Source: an uncultured Methylomirabilota bacterium
Lineage (GTDB): Bacteria; Methylomirabilota; Methylomirabilia; Methylomirabilales; 2-02-FULL-66-22
NCBI GenBank assembly: GCA_963845565.1
Contig: CAWJSJ010000004.1
Location: 192,001 to 256,000, forward strand
Reading direction: 5' to 3'
Length of the DNA stretch: 64,000 bases
Below the pieces are notes generated by a model that had not been told where the DNA came from, searched no databases, and saw nothing but the letters and a program-made list of their open reading frames with translations. The translations under genes and the position numbers were made by a program. Below are positions 50,972 to 61,700 of the stretch, piece by piece. Numbering within the stretch: position 1 is the first letter of the stretch; every line of letters begins with the position of its first letter.

Positions 50972-51342
50972 TGCCGACTCTCGCCGAAGTGATCGTCGCG
51001 CTTCTGTGCCTCCTCGGCACATTCCTCATCGCGCTGACCGGGATCGGCCTCGTCCGCTTCCCCGACGTCTTCTGTCGCATGCACGCGGCGGGGAAGGCCG
51101 GAACGCTGGGTGTCGTCCTCGTTGTCCTCGGGGCGACGGTCCATTTCGCCGGGACCGAGCAGGACGTCTGGATGCGGGGTGTTCTCGCGGTGTTCTTCCA
51201 GTTCCTCACCTCTCCCGCTGCTACGCATCTCTTGGCGCGCGCCGCGTACGTCTGCGACTATCCCCTGTCCGAACGAACCGCGGTGGACGAGTTGCGCAAG
51301 TATCTTCCGTCGCGCCCCGATCAGGTGTTCAACCAGGAATGA
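50971..51342 (+). CDS. mrpG: Mrp antiporter subunit G
   Basis: RFPDVFCRMHAAGKAGTLG, TSPAATHLLARAA. Confidence 0.92.
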   Translation: MPTLAEVIVALLCLLGTFLIALTGIGLVRFPDVFCRMHAAGKAGTLGVVLVVLGATVHFAGTEQDVWMRGVLAVFFQFLTSPAATHLLARAAYVCDYPLSERTAVDELRKYLPSRPDQVFNQE

Positions 51343-51379
51343 TCCGAGGGGCATGGCCCAGCCGCCAAGCCCCCGGAAA

Positions 51380-52517
<1,138 letters not shown>

Positions 52518-52537
52518 GGATCAGGCAGGACGACGAG

Positions 52538-52624
52538 CAATGTAAAACCGACAACCGACAATGCAAAACCGGTCAGGGAATCTTGTTGGTCGGTTCTCGG
52601 TTCTCGGTTCTCGGTTTTGCATTG
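52538..52624. repeat. palindromic ACAACCG/TCGGTTC heptamer element
   Basis: CAATGTAAAACCGA...TCGGTTTTGCATTG with (TCGGTTC)3. Confidence 0.75.
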
Positions 52625-52626
52625 AA

Positions 52627-53805
52627 CTATTCCGCGCCGGCGCGCGGTCCGGCGCCCAGCACCTTGGCGAGGGCATCCACCACACGATCCACCTGCTCGC
52701 GGGTGATGACCAGGGGCGGGAGGAAGCGCAAGACGGTCGTCCCCGCCAGGAGGGCCAACACCCCCTCCTGCATCAGCGTCTGAGCAACCGGCCCGGCCTT
52801 GTCCTTCAACTCGATCCCGATCATCAGGCCCAGGCCGCGAATTTCGCGGATGCGTGGGCTGCCGATCGCGCGCAGGCGCTCCACGAAGTACGCCCCGATC
52901 TCCGCTGCCCGGCGGGGGAGATCCTCGCCCGTGAGGACGTCAATAGCCGCCACGGCCGCCGCGCAGGCCAGCGGGTTTCCGCCAAAGGTGGAGGTGTGCG
53001 ACTGCTTCTCGATCTCGCCGACACGCCGATCGATCCCGATGGCACCCATCGGGACGCCACCCGCGATTCCCTTGGCCATGGTGAGGATATCGGGCAGGAC
53101 CCCGAAGTGCTCGCAGGCGAACATGCGACCGGTCCGGCCGAAGCCCGTCTGGATCTCGTCAATGATGAGGAGGGCACCCTTCTCGTCACAGGCTCGGCGA
53201 ACGGCCTGCAGGAACTCCCCCGTGGCTGGACGCACGCCGCCCTCGCCCTGGATCGGCTCCAGGATGACGGCCGCGGTCTGGTCGTCGATGGCGCCTGTGA
53301 ATTCGGCGACGTTGTTGTAGGGGACATGGGAGAAGTCGGGCACCAGCGGTGCGAACGGTTCCTTGTACTTGCGCTCCCAGGTGGCGCTGAGCGAGCCCAG
53401 TGTCTTGCCGTGGTAGCCCCGCATGGCGGCGACGACGTGCTTCCGGCCGGTGGCCATCCGGGCGAACTTGATGGCGCCCTCGACCGCCTCGGTGCCGGAA
53501 TTACAGAGAAAGAACCGGTTGATCCCGTCCGGTGTGATCCGGTCGAGCCGCTCCAGACATTGCGCCCGGGCGTCGTTGTAAAAGAGCTCGTTGCAGGTGA
53601 TGAGACGAGCCGCCTGGGCCTGAATGGCCGCAACCACGGCCGGGTGGCAGTGGCCGACGTTGGCCACGCCGATCCCGGCCACGCAGTCCACGTATTCCCG
53701 CCCGGCCTCGTCCCAGACCCGCGCCCCTTCGCCGCGGACGATGGCAAGGTCCCGCTTCTGATACACCCCCACCGAGAACCGATCCTCAATCTCCCGATGC
53801 CCCAT
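52627..53805 (-). CDS. lysJ: [LysW]-aminoadipate semialdehyde aminotransferase (class III)
   Basis: CNSGTEAVEGAIK, EPIQGEGG, DEIQTGFGRTG, AKGIAGG; operon context. Confidence 0.9.
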   Translation of the reverse strand: MGHREIEDRFSVGVYQKRDLAIVRGEGARVWDEAGREYVDCVAGIGVANVGHCHPAVVAAIQAQAARLITCNELFYNDARAQCLERLDRITPDGINRFFLCNSGTEAVEGAIKFARMATGRKHVVAAMRGYHGKTLGSLSATWERKYKEPFAPLVPDFSHVPYNNVAEFTGAIDDQTAAVILEPIQGEGGVRPATGEFLQAVRRACDEKGALLIIDEIQTGFGRTGRMFACEHFGVLPDILTMAKGIAGGVPMGAIGIDRRVGEIEKQSHTSTFGGNPLACAAAVAAIDVLTGEDLPRRAAEIGAYFVERLRAIGSPRIREIRGLGLMIGIELKDKAGPVAQTLMQEGVLALLAGTTVLRFLPPLVITREQVDRVVDALAKVLGAGPRAGAE

Positions 53806-53945
53806 GTCTCTCGCCCCTAGCCCGCATTATTCGCGAACCCGGCTCGCGACCAATGCGGGCTAAATAGAAACCCGTGTAGTCGGCGGTCCGGGACGGATCA
53901 GACGTCCCCACTGCTCCTCGGCCCCGGAATGCCCGCCCCAATCTG

Positions 53946-53991
53946 CAATCGTCAATCGTCAATCGTCAATCGTCAATCCCCAATCGCAATC
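53946..53991. repeat. tandem heptamer (CAATCGT)n
   Basis: four perfect copies plus degenerate ones. Confidence 0.85.
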
Positions 53992-53995
53992 TCTC

Positions 53996-54799
53996 CTACT
54001 CAATCACCGTTCCCCGCCCCTCGAGCGCAGCGGTGACGGGCCGGTCCCGGTTTGCATCGGCCAGGATCACTCGCCCGACGCCGCCGCCCAAGGCGATGGT
54101 CGCCGCCATGAGCTTGCGCTTCATGCGTCCCTGGGCCACGGACATGAAGTCCTCGATGGCCCGGGCCGGGATGCGTGGGATCAGGGAGGCGGGGTTTCCC
54201 AGTTCACGCAGAAGGCCCGGGACATTGGACAGCATGACAAACTCCTCGGCTTTCAAGGCGGCGGCGAGCATGGCGGCCGCCGTGTCCCCGTCCACGTTGA
54301 CTGCCTCACCCTCGTAGCTGGCGGCGGGCGGACAGAGGACGGGCAGGTAGCCGTGGTCGAGGAGGAGGGTGAGCAGGCCGACGTTCACCCGCTCCACTTT
54401 GCCGGTGTAGTCCCCGCGCAGGACCTTCCGCTTGCCGCCCTCCAGGATCGTGATCGTATCCTTTCGCTTCCCCTCGAGGACGCGGCCGTCCAGGCCCGAT
54501 AGCCCGACGGCGTTGACGCCGCGCGTCTGGAACGCCTCCACCAGCGCCTTGTTCCCCTTGCCGCAGTACGCCATCTCGAAGATCTCGAGCGTCTCGCGAT
54601 CCGTGTAGCGGCTCTCGATGCCGGAGACGGAGGTCACGAAGCGAGGCGGCTTGCCCAGCCGCTCGGCCAGAACGTTCGTCTCCCCCGAGGCGCCGTGCAC
54701 CAAGACGACTTTCCGGCCGGCGCGGATGATTTCGGTCAGGTCCGCCACCGCCGGTTCGATTGCGATTCCCGATCCACCGCCGATCTTCACGACGAACAT
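53996..54799 (-). CDS. lysZ: [LysW]-aminoadipate kinase
   Basis: VVKIGGG, VHGAS, SRYTD, NVDGD, GRMKRK. Confidence 0.92.
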   Translation of the reverse strand: MFVVKIGGGSGIAIEPAVADLTEIIRAGRKVVLVHGASGETNVLAERLGKPPRFVTSVSGIESRYTDRETLEIFEMAYCGKGNKALVEAFQTRGVNAVGLSGLDGRVLEGKRKDTITILEGGKRKVLRGDYTGKVERVNVGLLTLLLDHGYLPVLCPPAASYEGEAVNVDGDTAAAMLAAALKAEEFVMLSNVPGLLRELGNPASLIPRIPARAIEDFMSVAQGRMKRKLMAATIALGGGVGRVILADANRDRPVTAALEGRGTVIE

Positions 54800-54829
54800 G
54801 TTGGGGAACCTTCCGGTGAGCGTGGCGGA

Positions 54830-55087
54830 TCAATCCGCAGCAGCAGAATGGACGGTGCGTGGATCGTTCTGGACGAGCACAGTGGGATTGGGGTTTGGAT
54901 CCGGGACCGGAAGTCCTTCCTGCTGGAGAACGGACACGTGCTCTTTCATGGCCCACTTGGCTTGATAGAGGCAATCCTCCACTGAGTGTCCAATGCCGCT
55001 GAACCCAGGCAGGTCGGGGGAGTAAAAGCCAAAAAAGACCGGGTCCTCGGTGGCCTCAATCACCAGAGAGTACCTGAGGTCAATCAT
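54830..55087 (-). CDS. hicB: HicB-like antitoxin (short)
   Basis: YSLVIE...YSPDLPGFSGIGHSVEDC...GLPVP. Confidence 0.8.
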   Translation of the reverse strand: MIDLRYSLVIEATEDPVFFGFYSPDLPGFSGIGHSVEDCLYQAKWAMKEHVSVLQQEGLPVPDPNPNPTVLVQNDPRTVHSAAAD

Positions 55088-55096
55088 CGGTCTATC

Positions 55097-55277
55097 TCAG
55101 ACGCCCGCGGCTTTCAGAATCGCCGGCACGTTCCGGTGGGAACTCCTTGGCGCCATGATAATCAACACGGATAATCCTGTCCACGCCAGACTTCCGATAG
55201 TACCGCACGGAGCCTTTCTCGCGAAGCAGCACGAAGCCGTTTCGCTCCAGCAGCCTGACCAGTTCGCTGAATCGCAC
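55097..55277 (-). CDS. hicA: HicA-like toxin, with two apparent 1-bp deletions near 55125-55145
   Basis: RFSELVRLLERNGF...EKGSVRYY...HGAKE; restoring two G gives VPTGTCRAILKAAGV-stop. Confidence 0.75.
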
Positions 55278-55325
55278 CGGCGGCCCGCCCTTCGTCCATG
55301 GGACACGACCCATGGACGGTTCCGA

Positions 55326-56387
55326 TTACACCGGATGGAGACCGGGGAACTCTAGTCCCGTCGTTTCCGGCAGGCCACAGGCTAGATTCATCGCCTGCAC
55401 CCCGTTACCGGCGGCCCCCTTCACCAGATTGTCCAGGGCCGACATCACCACCAGCCGCGACCCGCGGGGGTCCTTTTCGAACCCGATGTCGCAGAAGTTT
55501 GTCCCGGCCAGGATTTTCGGTTCCGGATAGCGGTAGATCCCCTGCCGCTCCTTGACGATGCGAATGAACGGCTCGTTCCCGTACTCGCTCCGGTACACTT
55601 TCCAGATATCCTTCTCTTCGACCCCATCCTTGAGGAAGACGTGGCAGGTCGCCAGGATGCCGCGCACGGCCTCGATGGCGGTCGCGCTGAAGTGGACGTC
55701 CAGCGACTGCCCGAGGGCGACCTCCTGGAGGATCTCCGCCGTGTGGCGATGTCCGGTGGCCTGGAAGGAGCGCATGGAGCCGCTCCGTTCGGGATGGTGG
55801 GTGGAAAGGTTCGGCGTATCGCCGGCGGCCGAAGAACCCACCTTGGCCTCGATGAATACCTCCCGCCGCGCCACCACGTCGTGGAGGAAGAGCGGTCGCA
55901 GTCCCAGGATGGAGGCCGTGGCGAGGCAACCCGCCCCCGTCAGGAACCGCGATTCCTTGATCTCCTGTCGGTGCAGTTCCGGGATCCCATAGACGAACTG
56001 CGCGAGATAGGCAGGGGCTTCATGGGCGTGCCCGTACCAGGTCACGTAATCGTCGGCGTTCCGTAGGCGGAAGTCGGCGCTGAGGTCGATGACGGTCTTG
56101 GCCAGCGATTCCAACTGTCCGATGCGGCGCATGGCGCTGCCATGCGGAAGACAGAGGAAGAGGACATCGCACGGTTGCAACTCTCCGATGGAGATGAACT
56201 TCAACTGGCACTGCTTCCGCAGGTTCGGATGGATCGTGTGCAGGTAGTGGCCCGCGTTCGACTCGGAAGTGGCCTGGACGATCTCCACCTGGGGGTGGCG
56301 GAGCAGGATCCGGATCGTTTCCCCGCCCGTGTAACCCGACGCGCCGACGATACCGACTCTGATCAAGGAGGACTCCTTTGAAATCAT
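55326..56387 (-). CDS. lysY: [LysW]-aminoadipyl-phosphate reductase (ArgC family)
   Basis: GASGYTGGE, DLSADFRL, GAGCLAT, HHPER, DNLVKGAAG. Confidence 0.92.
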   Translation of the reverse strand: MISKESSLIRVGIVGASGYTGGETIRILLRHPQVEIVQATSESNAGHYLHTIHPNLRKQCQLKFISIGELQPCDVLFLCLPHGSAMRRIGQLESLAKTVIDLSADFRLRNADDYVTWYGHAHEAPAYLAQFVYGIPELHRQEIKESRFLTGAGCLATASILGLRPLFLHDVVARREVFIEAKVGSSAAGDTPNLSTHHPERSGSMRSFQATGHRHTAEILQEVALGQSLDVHFSATAIEAVRGILATCHVFLKDGVEEKDIWKVYRSEYGNEPFIRIVKERQGIYRYPEPKILAGTNFCDIGFEKDPRGSRLVVMSALDNLVKGAAGNGVQAMNLACGLPETTGLEFPGLHPV

Positions 56388-56399
56388 TCGACCTGGTTT

Positions 56400-57239
56400 T
56401 TATCTTCTCCCCACCTCCGCCACGTAGTCCACCACCTTGGCCGGAATATCCACGCCGGTGGTGTCGATGCTGTTCCGGAACTCCATGGTGTAGTTCACCT
56501 CGTTCACCATGAGGCCGTCCGGCGTCTCGAAGAGGTCGATGGCCACGACGCCACCGCCGACGGCCTTGGCCGCGCGGACCGAGATCTCGTTGACCTCTCT
56601 GGTCACCGGGCAATTGGTGGCCACCCCGCCGCGCGCGGTGTTGGTGATCCAGTGTGGAGAGGTCCGGTAGATGGCGCAGATGGTCTGGTCCCCGACGACG
56701 AACGACCGGATGTCTCGCCCGTGCTTCTCGACGTACTTCTGGATGTAGAAGATGCTGTGGTGATAGGAGCCCAGCGTCTCCTTGTGTTCCAGGATGGCCT
56801 CGGCGGCCTCGCGGTCGTTCACCTTGGAGAGCAAGCGCCCCCACGATCCCACGGCCGGTTTCAGGACGACCGGGTACCCAAGCCGCTCGATGGCCTGCAG
56901 GGCGGATTCGGGCGTGTGGGCCACCAGGACCGGTGGGGTCGGGACATTGTCCCGGATGAGGGCGAGCGTGGTGAGGAGCTTGTCCCCGCAGGTGCTGGCG
57001 ACCTCGTAGGTATTGACCGTCTTGACGCCGCAGTCGTTGAAGTACCGGAGCGTGTGCAGAGCGCGCGAGTGGTTGATGCAGCGCTCCAGGATGACGTCGA
57101 ACTCCCACCGGCGCTGGTGGAGGTCCAGGATGACCTCCCGATCGTCGATGCGGACGAAATCCAGGCCGCGGGACCGGAACGCGTCGAAGAGCAGCTTTTC
57201 CTCCTTGCGGACCAGCGAGCAAAGGATGGCGATTCTCAT
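56400..57239 (-). CDS. lysX: alpha-aminoadipate--LysW ligase (ATP-grasp)
   Basis: [29 protein letters not shown]. Confidence 0.95.
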   Translation of the reverse strand: MRIAILCSLVRKEEKLLFDAFRSRGLDFVRIDDREVILDLHQRRWEFDVILERCINHSRALHTLRYFNDCGVKTVNTYEVASTCGDKLLTTLALIRDNVPTPPVLVAHTPESALQAIERLGYPVVLKPAVGSWGRLLSKVNDREAAEAILEHKETLGSYHHSIFYIQKYVEKHGRDIRSFVVGDQTICAIYRTSPHWITNTARGGVATNCPVTREVNEISVRAAKAVGGGVVAIDLFETPDGLMVNEVNYTMEFRNSIDTTGVDIPAKVVDYVAEVGRR

Positions 57240-57400
57240 TCGCCCCAGTCCTCCTCTTCCTCCGGGGCCGGGGCCAACTCGGCCGGTTCGACACTGATGA
57301 CTTCCAGATCCAGGCCGCAGTCCGGACACTGGATGATTTCCCCCACTTCGGTGGACGACTCCAGCGTGATCTCGGCCTCGCATTCCGTGCACAGCGCCAT
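57236..57400 (-). CDS. lysW: amino-group carrier protein LysW
   Basis: CTEC...CPDC, C-terminal EEDWGE; GGAGGAG RBS. Confidence 0.96.
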   Translation of the reverse strand: MALCTECEAEITLESSTEVGEIIQCPDCGLDLEVISVEPAELAPAPEEEEDWGE

Positions 57401-57597
57401 GGCAGTCTCCTCCTCCGAGAAAGTGTGCGGCGGGAGCATACCACGGACGGGACACCGCGTTCAACAGGATGAGGTTGAGATGAACGTTGAGACAGCCGGC
57501 AGGGGAACCCGCGAAAACGGAGGAGGTTTGCCATGTGCTTGCAGGCGTGCTAGGCTGCCGCCTGCTCGGAAACCGGGATACCACAGGGGGAAGTGCG

Positions 57598-58335
57598 GTG
57601 CTCAAAGCGGTCACCTTCGATCTCTGGCAGACGCTGATCACCGATACGCCGGACGGGCTGCAGCAGGCGCGTGCGGGACGGGTCCGCGGGATGGCGGCGG
57701 TGCTCGCTCGCGAGGGGCACGCGGTGGATGGCGCGGCGGTGGACCGTGCCTACGACACGGTGGGGGAGCGGCTCGGGGCTCTGTGGGCGGAGCAGCGCGA
57801 CCTCGGGTCCCGTGGGCAGGTGCGCATGCTGCTCGAGGCGTTGGAGCTTGCGGATCGGGTGCCGATGGATGGGCCCGTCATGGACGCGCTGGACGAGGCG
57901 TATCGTCTGCCCATCCTGGGGGCGCTGCCCGTGGCGAACGCCGGGGCCTGCGAGATATTGGCGGCGCTCAGCCGGCGCGGCCTCCGGCTGGCATTGATCT
58001 GTAACACCGGCCGAACGCCGGGCTCCATGTTGCGCCTCGTCCTCGACCACCTGGGCCTCAAAGCCTATCTTCGGGTGCTCACGTTCTCAGACGAGGTCGG
58101 TCTGCGGAAGCCGCATCCGGAGATCTTCCGTCGAACGCTCGCCGCCCTGGGTGTCTCACCGGACGAGGCTGCCCATGTGGGCGACGACGTCACCACGGAC
58201 GTGGCCGGGGCGCGCGCGGTCGGCATGCAGGCCATCCACCTGTGCCATCCGACCGGCGCAAGTAAGCACTCGAACGGCGCCCCCTCGATTTCACGACTGG
58301 CCGATCTTCCTTCCGCGCTCGATATCGCCTCTTGA
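57598..58335 (+). CDS. HAD-family hydrolase
   Basis: [24 protein letters not shown]...DVAGA. Confidence 0.88.
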   Translation: MLKAVTFDLWQTLITDTPDGLQQARAGRVRGMAAVLAREGHAVDGAAVDRAYDTVGERLGALWAEQRDLGSRGQVRMLLEALELADRVPMDGPVMDALDEAYRLPILGALPVANAGACEILAALSRRGLRLALICNTGRTPGSMLRLVLDHLGLKAYLRVLTFSDEVGLRKPHPEIFRRTLAALGVSPDEAAHVGDDVTTDVAGARAVGMQAIHLCHPTGASKHSNGAPSISRLADLPSALDIAS

Positions 58336-58340
58336 CCGCG

Positions 58341-58417
58341 AGGCGTCAGGCGTCAGGCGTCAGGCGAAAGGGGCGGACGCCCGTTTTCCGCCTCCCCCCT
58401 CATGCCTGACGCCGCAC
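58341..58417. repeat. (AGGCGTC)3 heptamer with downstream complement, forming a hairpin
   Basis: aggcgtc x3 ... gcctgacgcc. Confidence 0.6.
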
Positions 58418-58438
58418 GCGGCCGACCTATGTCCTGAG

Positions 58439-58638
58439 TTAGAGGTTCGCCAACATATTGCAAGGCCAGAGGGGCACCCCGAAGACGCTGCGCCCGCGGG
58501 GCGGCCGGGTCCGGTCCGAAGGCCCCCGGTTTCCGGGGGCCGACCCGGGAGGCGAAGGCCGCCCGGTTCGGTCCCGACCGGTGAGGCGCCAGGCGGCTGA
58601 GGGGTGTCCCTCTGGCCGGGACATTGTCAGCGAACTTA
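58439..58638. other. about 200-nt highly self-complementary element (MITE or structured RNA)
   Basis: GTTCGCCAACA/TGTCAGCGAAC outer arms, GGCCAGAGGGGCACCCC/GGGGTGTCCCTCTGGCC inner arms, flanked by TTA. Confidence 0.6.
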
Positions 58639-58654
58639 CGATTTACCACACTAG

Positions 58655-58984
58655 CTACTTCGCCCCCGGCTGTTTCTGGGCATCATGTTTCTGTTTGTAG
58701 ATATGCCTCGACGCACGGTCCTGCTCCTGGTGCAGCCTGGCCCGCTCTTTCTTGGTCATCTTCCCGTCCTCGAGCGCCTGCTGGCGATCGGCCTCGATTT
58801 TTCCCTGCTCCTTTGTGAGCCACTGCGTTTCCTTGGCCGTCAATTCCCCGCTCTGGACGCCCTGCCCGATTCGTTCCTGCTGCCGTTGCTCCCGGGTGAC
58901 AATCTCGCCGGCTTGAACCGACGACACGCCGATGAAGCCGACCAGCACTGCGCTTGCCGCCACCGCCGTCCATCGCACCTTCAT
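58655..58984 (-). CDS. small secreted helical hypothetical protein
   Basis: AGGAGG RBS, signal peptide, QQERIGQGVQSGELT...IYKQKHD. Confidence 0.8.
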   Translation of the reverse strand: MKVRWTAVAASAVLVGFIGVSSVQAGEIVTREQRQQERIGQGVQSGELTAKETQWLTKEQGKIEADRQQALEDGKMTKKERARLHQEQDRASRHIYKQKHDAQKQPGAK

Positions 58985-59068
58985 GTGGTCCTCCTGGATC
59001 TTGTTTCGGGTTGCCCGGATCGGTTCTCGCTTCGCATTCCGGAAGGGTTGCCTGGCGCTACTGTCCAC

Positions 59069-59174
59069 TTAGGAGCCGTTACGAAATAGCTTGTCCATTT
59101 TTTGTCATTTCGTTACGGCTCCTTATGCCGTTCCCGAAATTTCTCTGGTCAAGTCATTCTGTAACAACGGTTTA
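59069..59174 (+). repeat. MITE/REP-like family A, copy 3
   Basis: near-identical to 7454-7559. Confidence 0.9.
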
Positions 59175-59433
59175 GAGTGGCGGCGGTCGAAAAGGTTGAA
59201 AGGCCGCATGACATCCGTGGGCCTCCGCGCGCAGGAATCTTTGTAATTCTCGGAATCTGCGGTGCCGTTGGTTCCGTCTCGGTGTCCTCCGTTCCTCGGT
59301 GTTCGCCCCGGATATCTCCCCAAACCGCTTGTCAGTCCTGGGCCCGTGTGTTAGGGTGAAACTGCTCCAGTGGACCGGGCGTCATCGGCCGTCCGATCGG
59401 CGACGGACCAGGGAGAGGGGAGGTTCCGGCGAC

Positions 59434-60348
59434 ATGGAAGCGCAGGCAAGCATCGGCAGCACCCTCCGCCAGCACCGCGAGGAGCGGGGACTGACCGTGG
59501 AGCAGGCAGCGTATCAGAGCAAGGTCCCGCTCCGCCTGGTGCAGGCGCTCGAGTCGGACGACTATCACCTGCTGCCAGACGCCCTGTATCTCATCCGACT
59601 GCTGCACGATTATGCCACCTTCTTGAAGCTGGACGTGGCCGCCATCGAGGCGGAGTTCCAGGCGGCTATTCGCCGACCGACCCGGACCTCGCTGACCGTC
59701 ACGCCCGCCCCGCGCCCGACCCCGACGATTCCCTGGAAGCAGGTGCTGTGGACGGTGACCGCCATCCTGGTGATCACCCCGTTGGTGTTCATCGCGCTGT
59801 CGCTGGCGTCGAAACGGGTGTCCGATCAAGTGGTCCAAGCCCCGGTCGCCGAGTCCCGGGTCGACGAGGCCGCGCGGGGCGCGGGTGAGGTACCGGTCGT
59901 AGCAGAACAGTTGCTGGGCAGCGCCCGACCGTCGGTGGCGGCGGTGCCCGCGACGGCGACAGAGCAGGTTGCCCCCCCACCCGTGGAGACGCGGGAGGCT
60001 TCGACGACGCTCGGGCAAGCCCCGGCCCGATCGACGGTGACGACCGGGGTGGCCGCGGGCGGCCATGTCCTGGTCGCAACCGCGCGGGAGCCGACCTGGC
60101 TGTCGGTCCGCGCCGACGACCAGGAGGGAAAGCAGGTCCTCCTGCAAGCGGGGCAGTCGGCCCAATTCGGTGCCGAGACGCGCTTTCACGTCATCGTGGG
60201 GAACGCCGGCGGTGTGACGCTGTGGTTCGACGGCGCGCCGGTTGCCTTGCTGGGCCGCTCCGGCGAGGTGGTGCGAGATCTCGTCTTGCCTCCCCCCGCC
60301 GGCCGTTCCCTGTTAACGGGGGCGGCGTCCGTGCCGCCGAAGCAATGA
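59434..60348 (+). CDS. RodZ-like protein (HTH, TM helix, DUF4115-like domain)
   Basis: IGSTLRQHREERGLT...YATFLKLD, one TM helix, TWLSVRAD...IVGNAGGV. Confidence 0.85.
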   Translation: MEAQASIGSTLRQHREERGLTVEQAAYQSKVPLRLVQALESDDYHLLPDALYLIRLLHDYATFLKLDVAAIEAEFQAAIRRPTRTSLTVTPAPRPTPTIPWKQVLWTVTAILVITPLVFIALSLASKRVSDQVVQAPVAESRVDEAARGAGEVPVVAEQLLGSARPSVAAVPATATEQVAPPPVETREASTTLGQAPARSTVTTGVAAGGHVLVATAREPTWLSVRADDQEGKQVLLQAGQSAQFGAETRFHVIVGNAGGVTLWFDGAPVALLGRSGEVVRDLVLPPPAGRSLLTGAASVPPKQ

Positions 60349-60386
60349 GCGTTGTCAACGGATGAACGGTATCTCGTAACGGCGTC

Positions 60387-60489
60387 TAAGCCGTTGTTAA
60401 AGAATAGGTTGAGCGGAGACATTCCGAAACGGCATAAGGAGCCGTAACGAAATAGAAAAATGTATAGGTTATTTCGTAACGGCTCCTAA
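60387..60489 (-). repeat. MITE/REP-like family A, copy 4 (degenerate half-unit adjacent at 60346-60389)
   Basis: reverse-orientation homologue of 7454-7559. Confidence 0.85.
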
Positions 60490-60548
60490 CGCTCCCGGCA
60501 GGCGGCGGGTCTGTGGGCGGCCATGCCGGTGCTGGGTTGGAGTGCAGG

Positions 60549-61700
60549 GTGGGAGAGTCGAAAGGCTGGGGCCGGTGGTCCCGGCCGGCCATCCTGGGCC
60601 TGACGATCGTGGGTGTCACGGCGGGCCACATGGCCATTCCGGTAACTCGGCAGGTCCCGCACGACCTGTTCGTGCGCCTCTATTATCTTCCCATTGCCCT
60701 CGGGGGCGTCTGGTTCGGCCTCTGGGGCGGGTTGGGTGCGGCCGGTTTCATCACGGCGCTGTATCTCCCGCACATCCTGGTCGTCAACCACGGCGATCTG
60801 ACGGTCGGCTACCTCTTGGAGATCCCGGTCTTCCTGGGCGTGGGGCTGCTGACGGGCCTGATCGTGGATTGGCAGGCGCAGTACCGGCGGGGCCTGGAGT
60901 CCCAGGCGGACACGCTGGCACGATCCCACCGGGAGCTTCAGGAGCAAACGCGACTCCTCCTCGACAAGGAGGTCCAGCTCCGTCGGGCGGACCGGCTTTC
61001 GGCCTTGGGTCAACTTTCCGCGGGATTGGCCCACGAGATCCGGAACCCGCTGGGGGCCATCAAGGGGGCGGTGGAGATCCTGGAAGAGGACTTCCCGGCC
61101 GGACACCCCAAGGCGGAGTTCTACGCCATCGTCCTGAAAGAGGTGAAGCGCCTCAACGACGTGGTGACCAACTTCCTGAGCTTCGCCCGCCCCGTGAGCC
61201 TGCGGTTCGCGCCGGTGGACGTCCGGGAGGTGCTTGCCGGTCTGGAAGGGTTGATCTCCGGCCAGGCGCGCGCGCATCGGGTACAGATGTTCACCAGCTT
61301 TCACGACGGGCCGGCGCGCGTGATGGCGGACGAGGCGCTGCTCAAGCAAGCCTTCCTCAACATCATGCTGAACGCGCTGGAGGCCATGCCCGAGGGCGGG
61401 GACCTGGCGATCGCGACCCGGCTGGCGGATGCCAAGACGGCGGGCGTCCTGGAACCGAGCGACCGCGATGAGTGGCTGGAGGTCGTGTTCGACGATACCG
61501 GGACCGGCATCCCCGAGGCGGAGATGGCGCGGGTGTTCGACCCGTTCTTCACCACCAAGAAAGATGGTACCGGCTTGGGGCTCGCCATCACCTACCGCAT
61601 CGTCGAGAATCACCGCGGGACCATCCGGGTCGTGAGTCAACCCGGGAAGGGGACCACGTTTGCGATTACGCTCCCTCTGGAAGGAAGCGCGCAGCAATGA
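60549..61700 (+). CDS. membrane sensor histidine kinase
   Basis: AHEIRNPL, NALEAM, DTGTGI, FFTTK, GTGLGL; start uncertain. Confidence 0.93.
   Translation: MGESKGWGRWSRPAILGLTIVGVTAGHMAIPVTRQVPHDLFVRLYYLPIALGGVWFGLWGGLGAAGFITALYLPHILVVNHGDLTVGYLLEIPVFLGVGLLTGLIVDWQAQYRRGLESQADTLARSHRELQEQTRLLLDKEVQLRRADRLSALGQLSAGLAHEIRNPLGAIKGAVEILEEDFPAGHPKAEFYAIVLKEVKRLNDVVTNFLSFARPVSLRFAPVDVREVLAGLEGLISGQARAHRVQMFTSFHDGPARVMADEALLKQAFLNIMLNALEAMPEGGDLAIATRLADAKTAGVLEPSDRDEWLEVVFDDTGTGIPEAEMARVFDPFFTTKKDGTGLGLAITYRIVENHRGTIRVVSQPGKGTTFAITLPLEGSAQQ

Noticed and set aside
58439..58638. SRP RNA, RNase P or tmRNA
   Set aside because: No SRP domain IV motif, no GAGGAAAGUCC and no tRNA-like ends on either strand.
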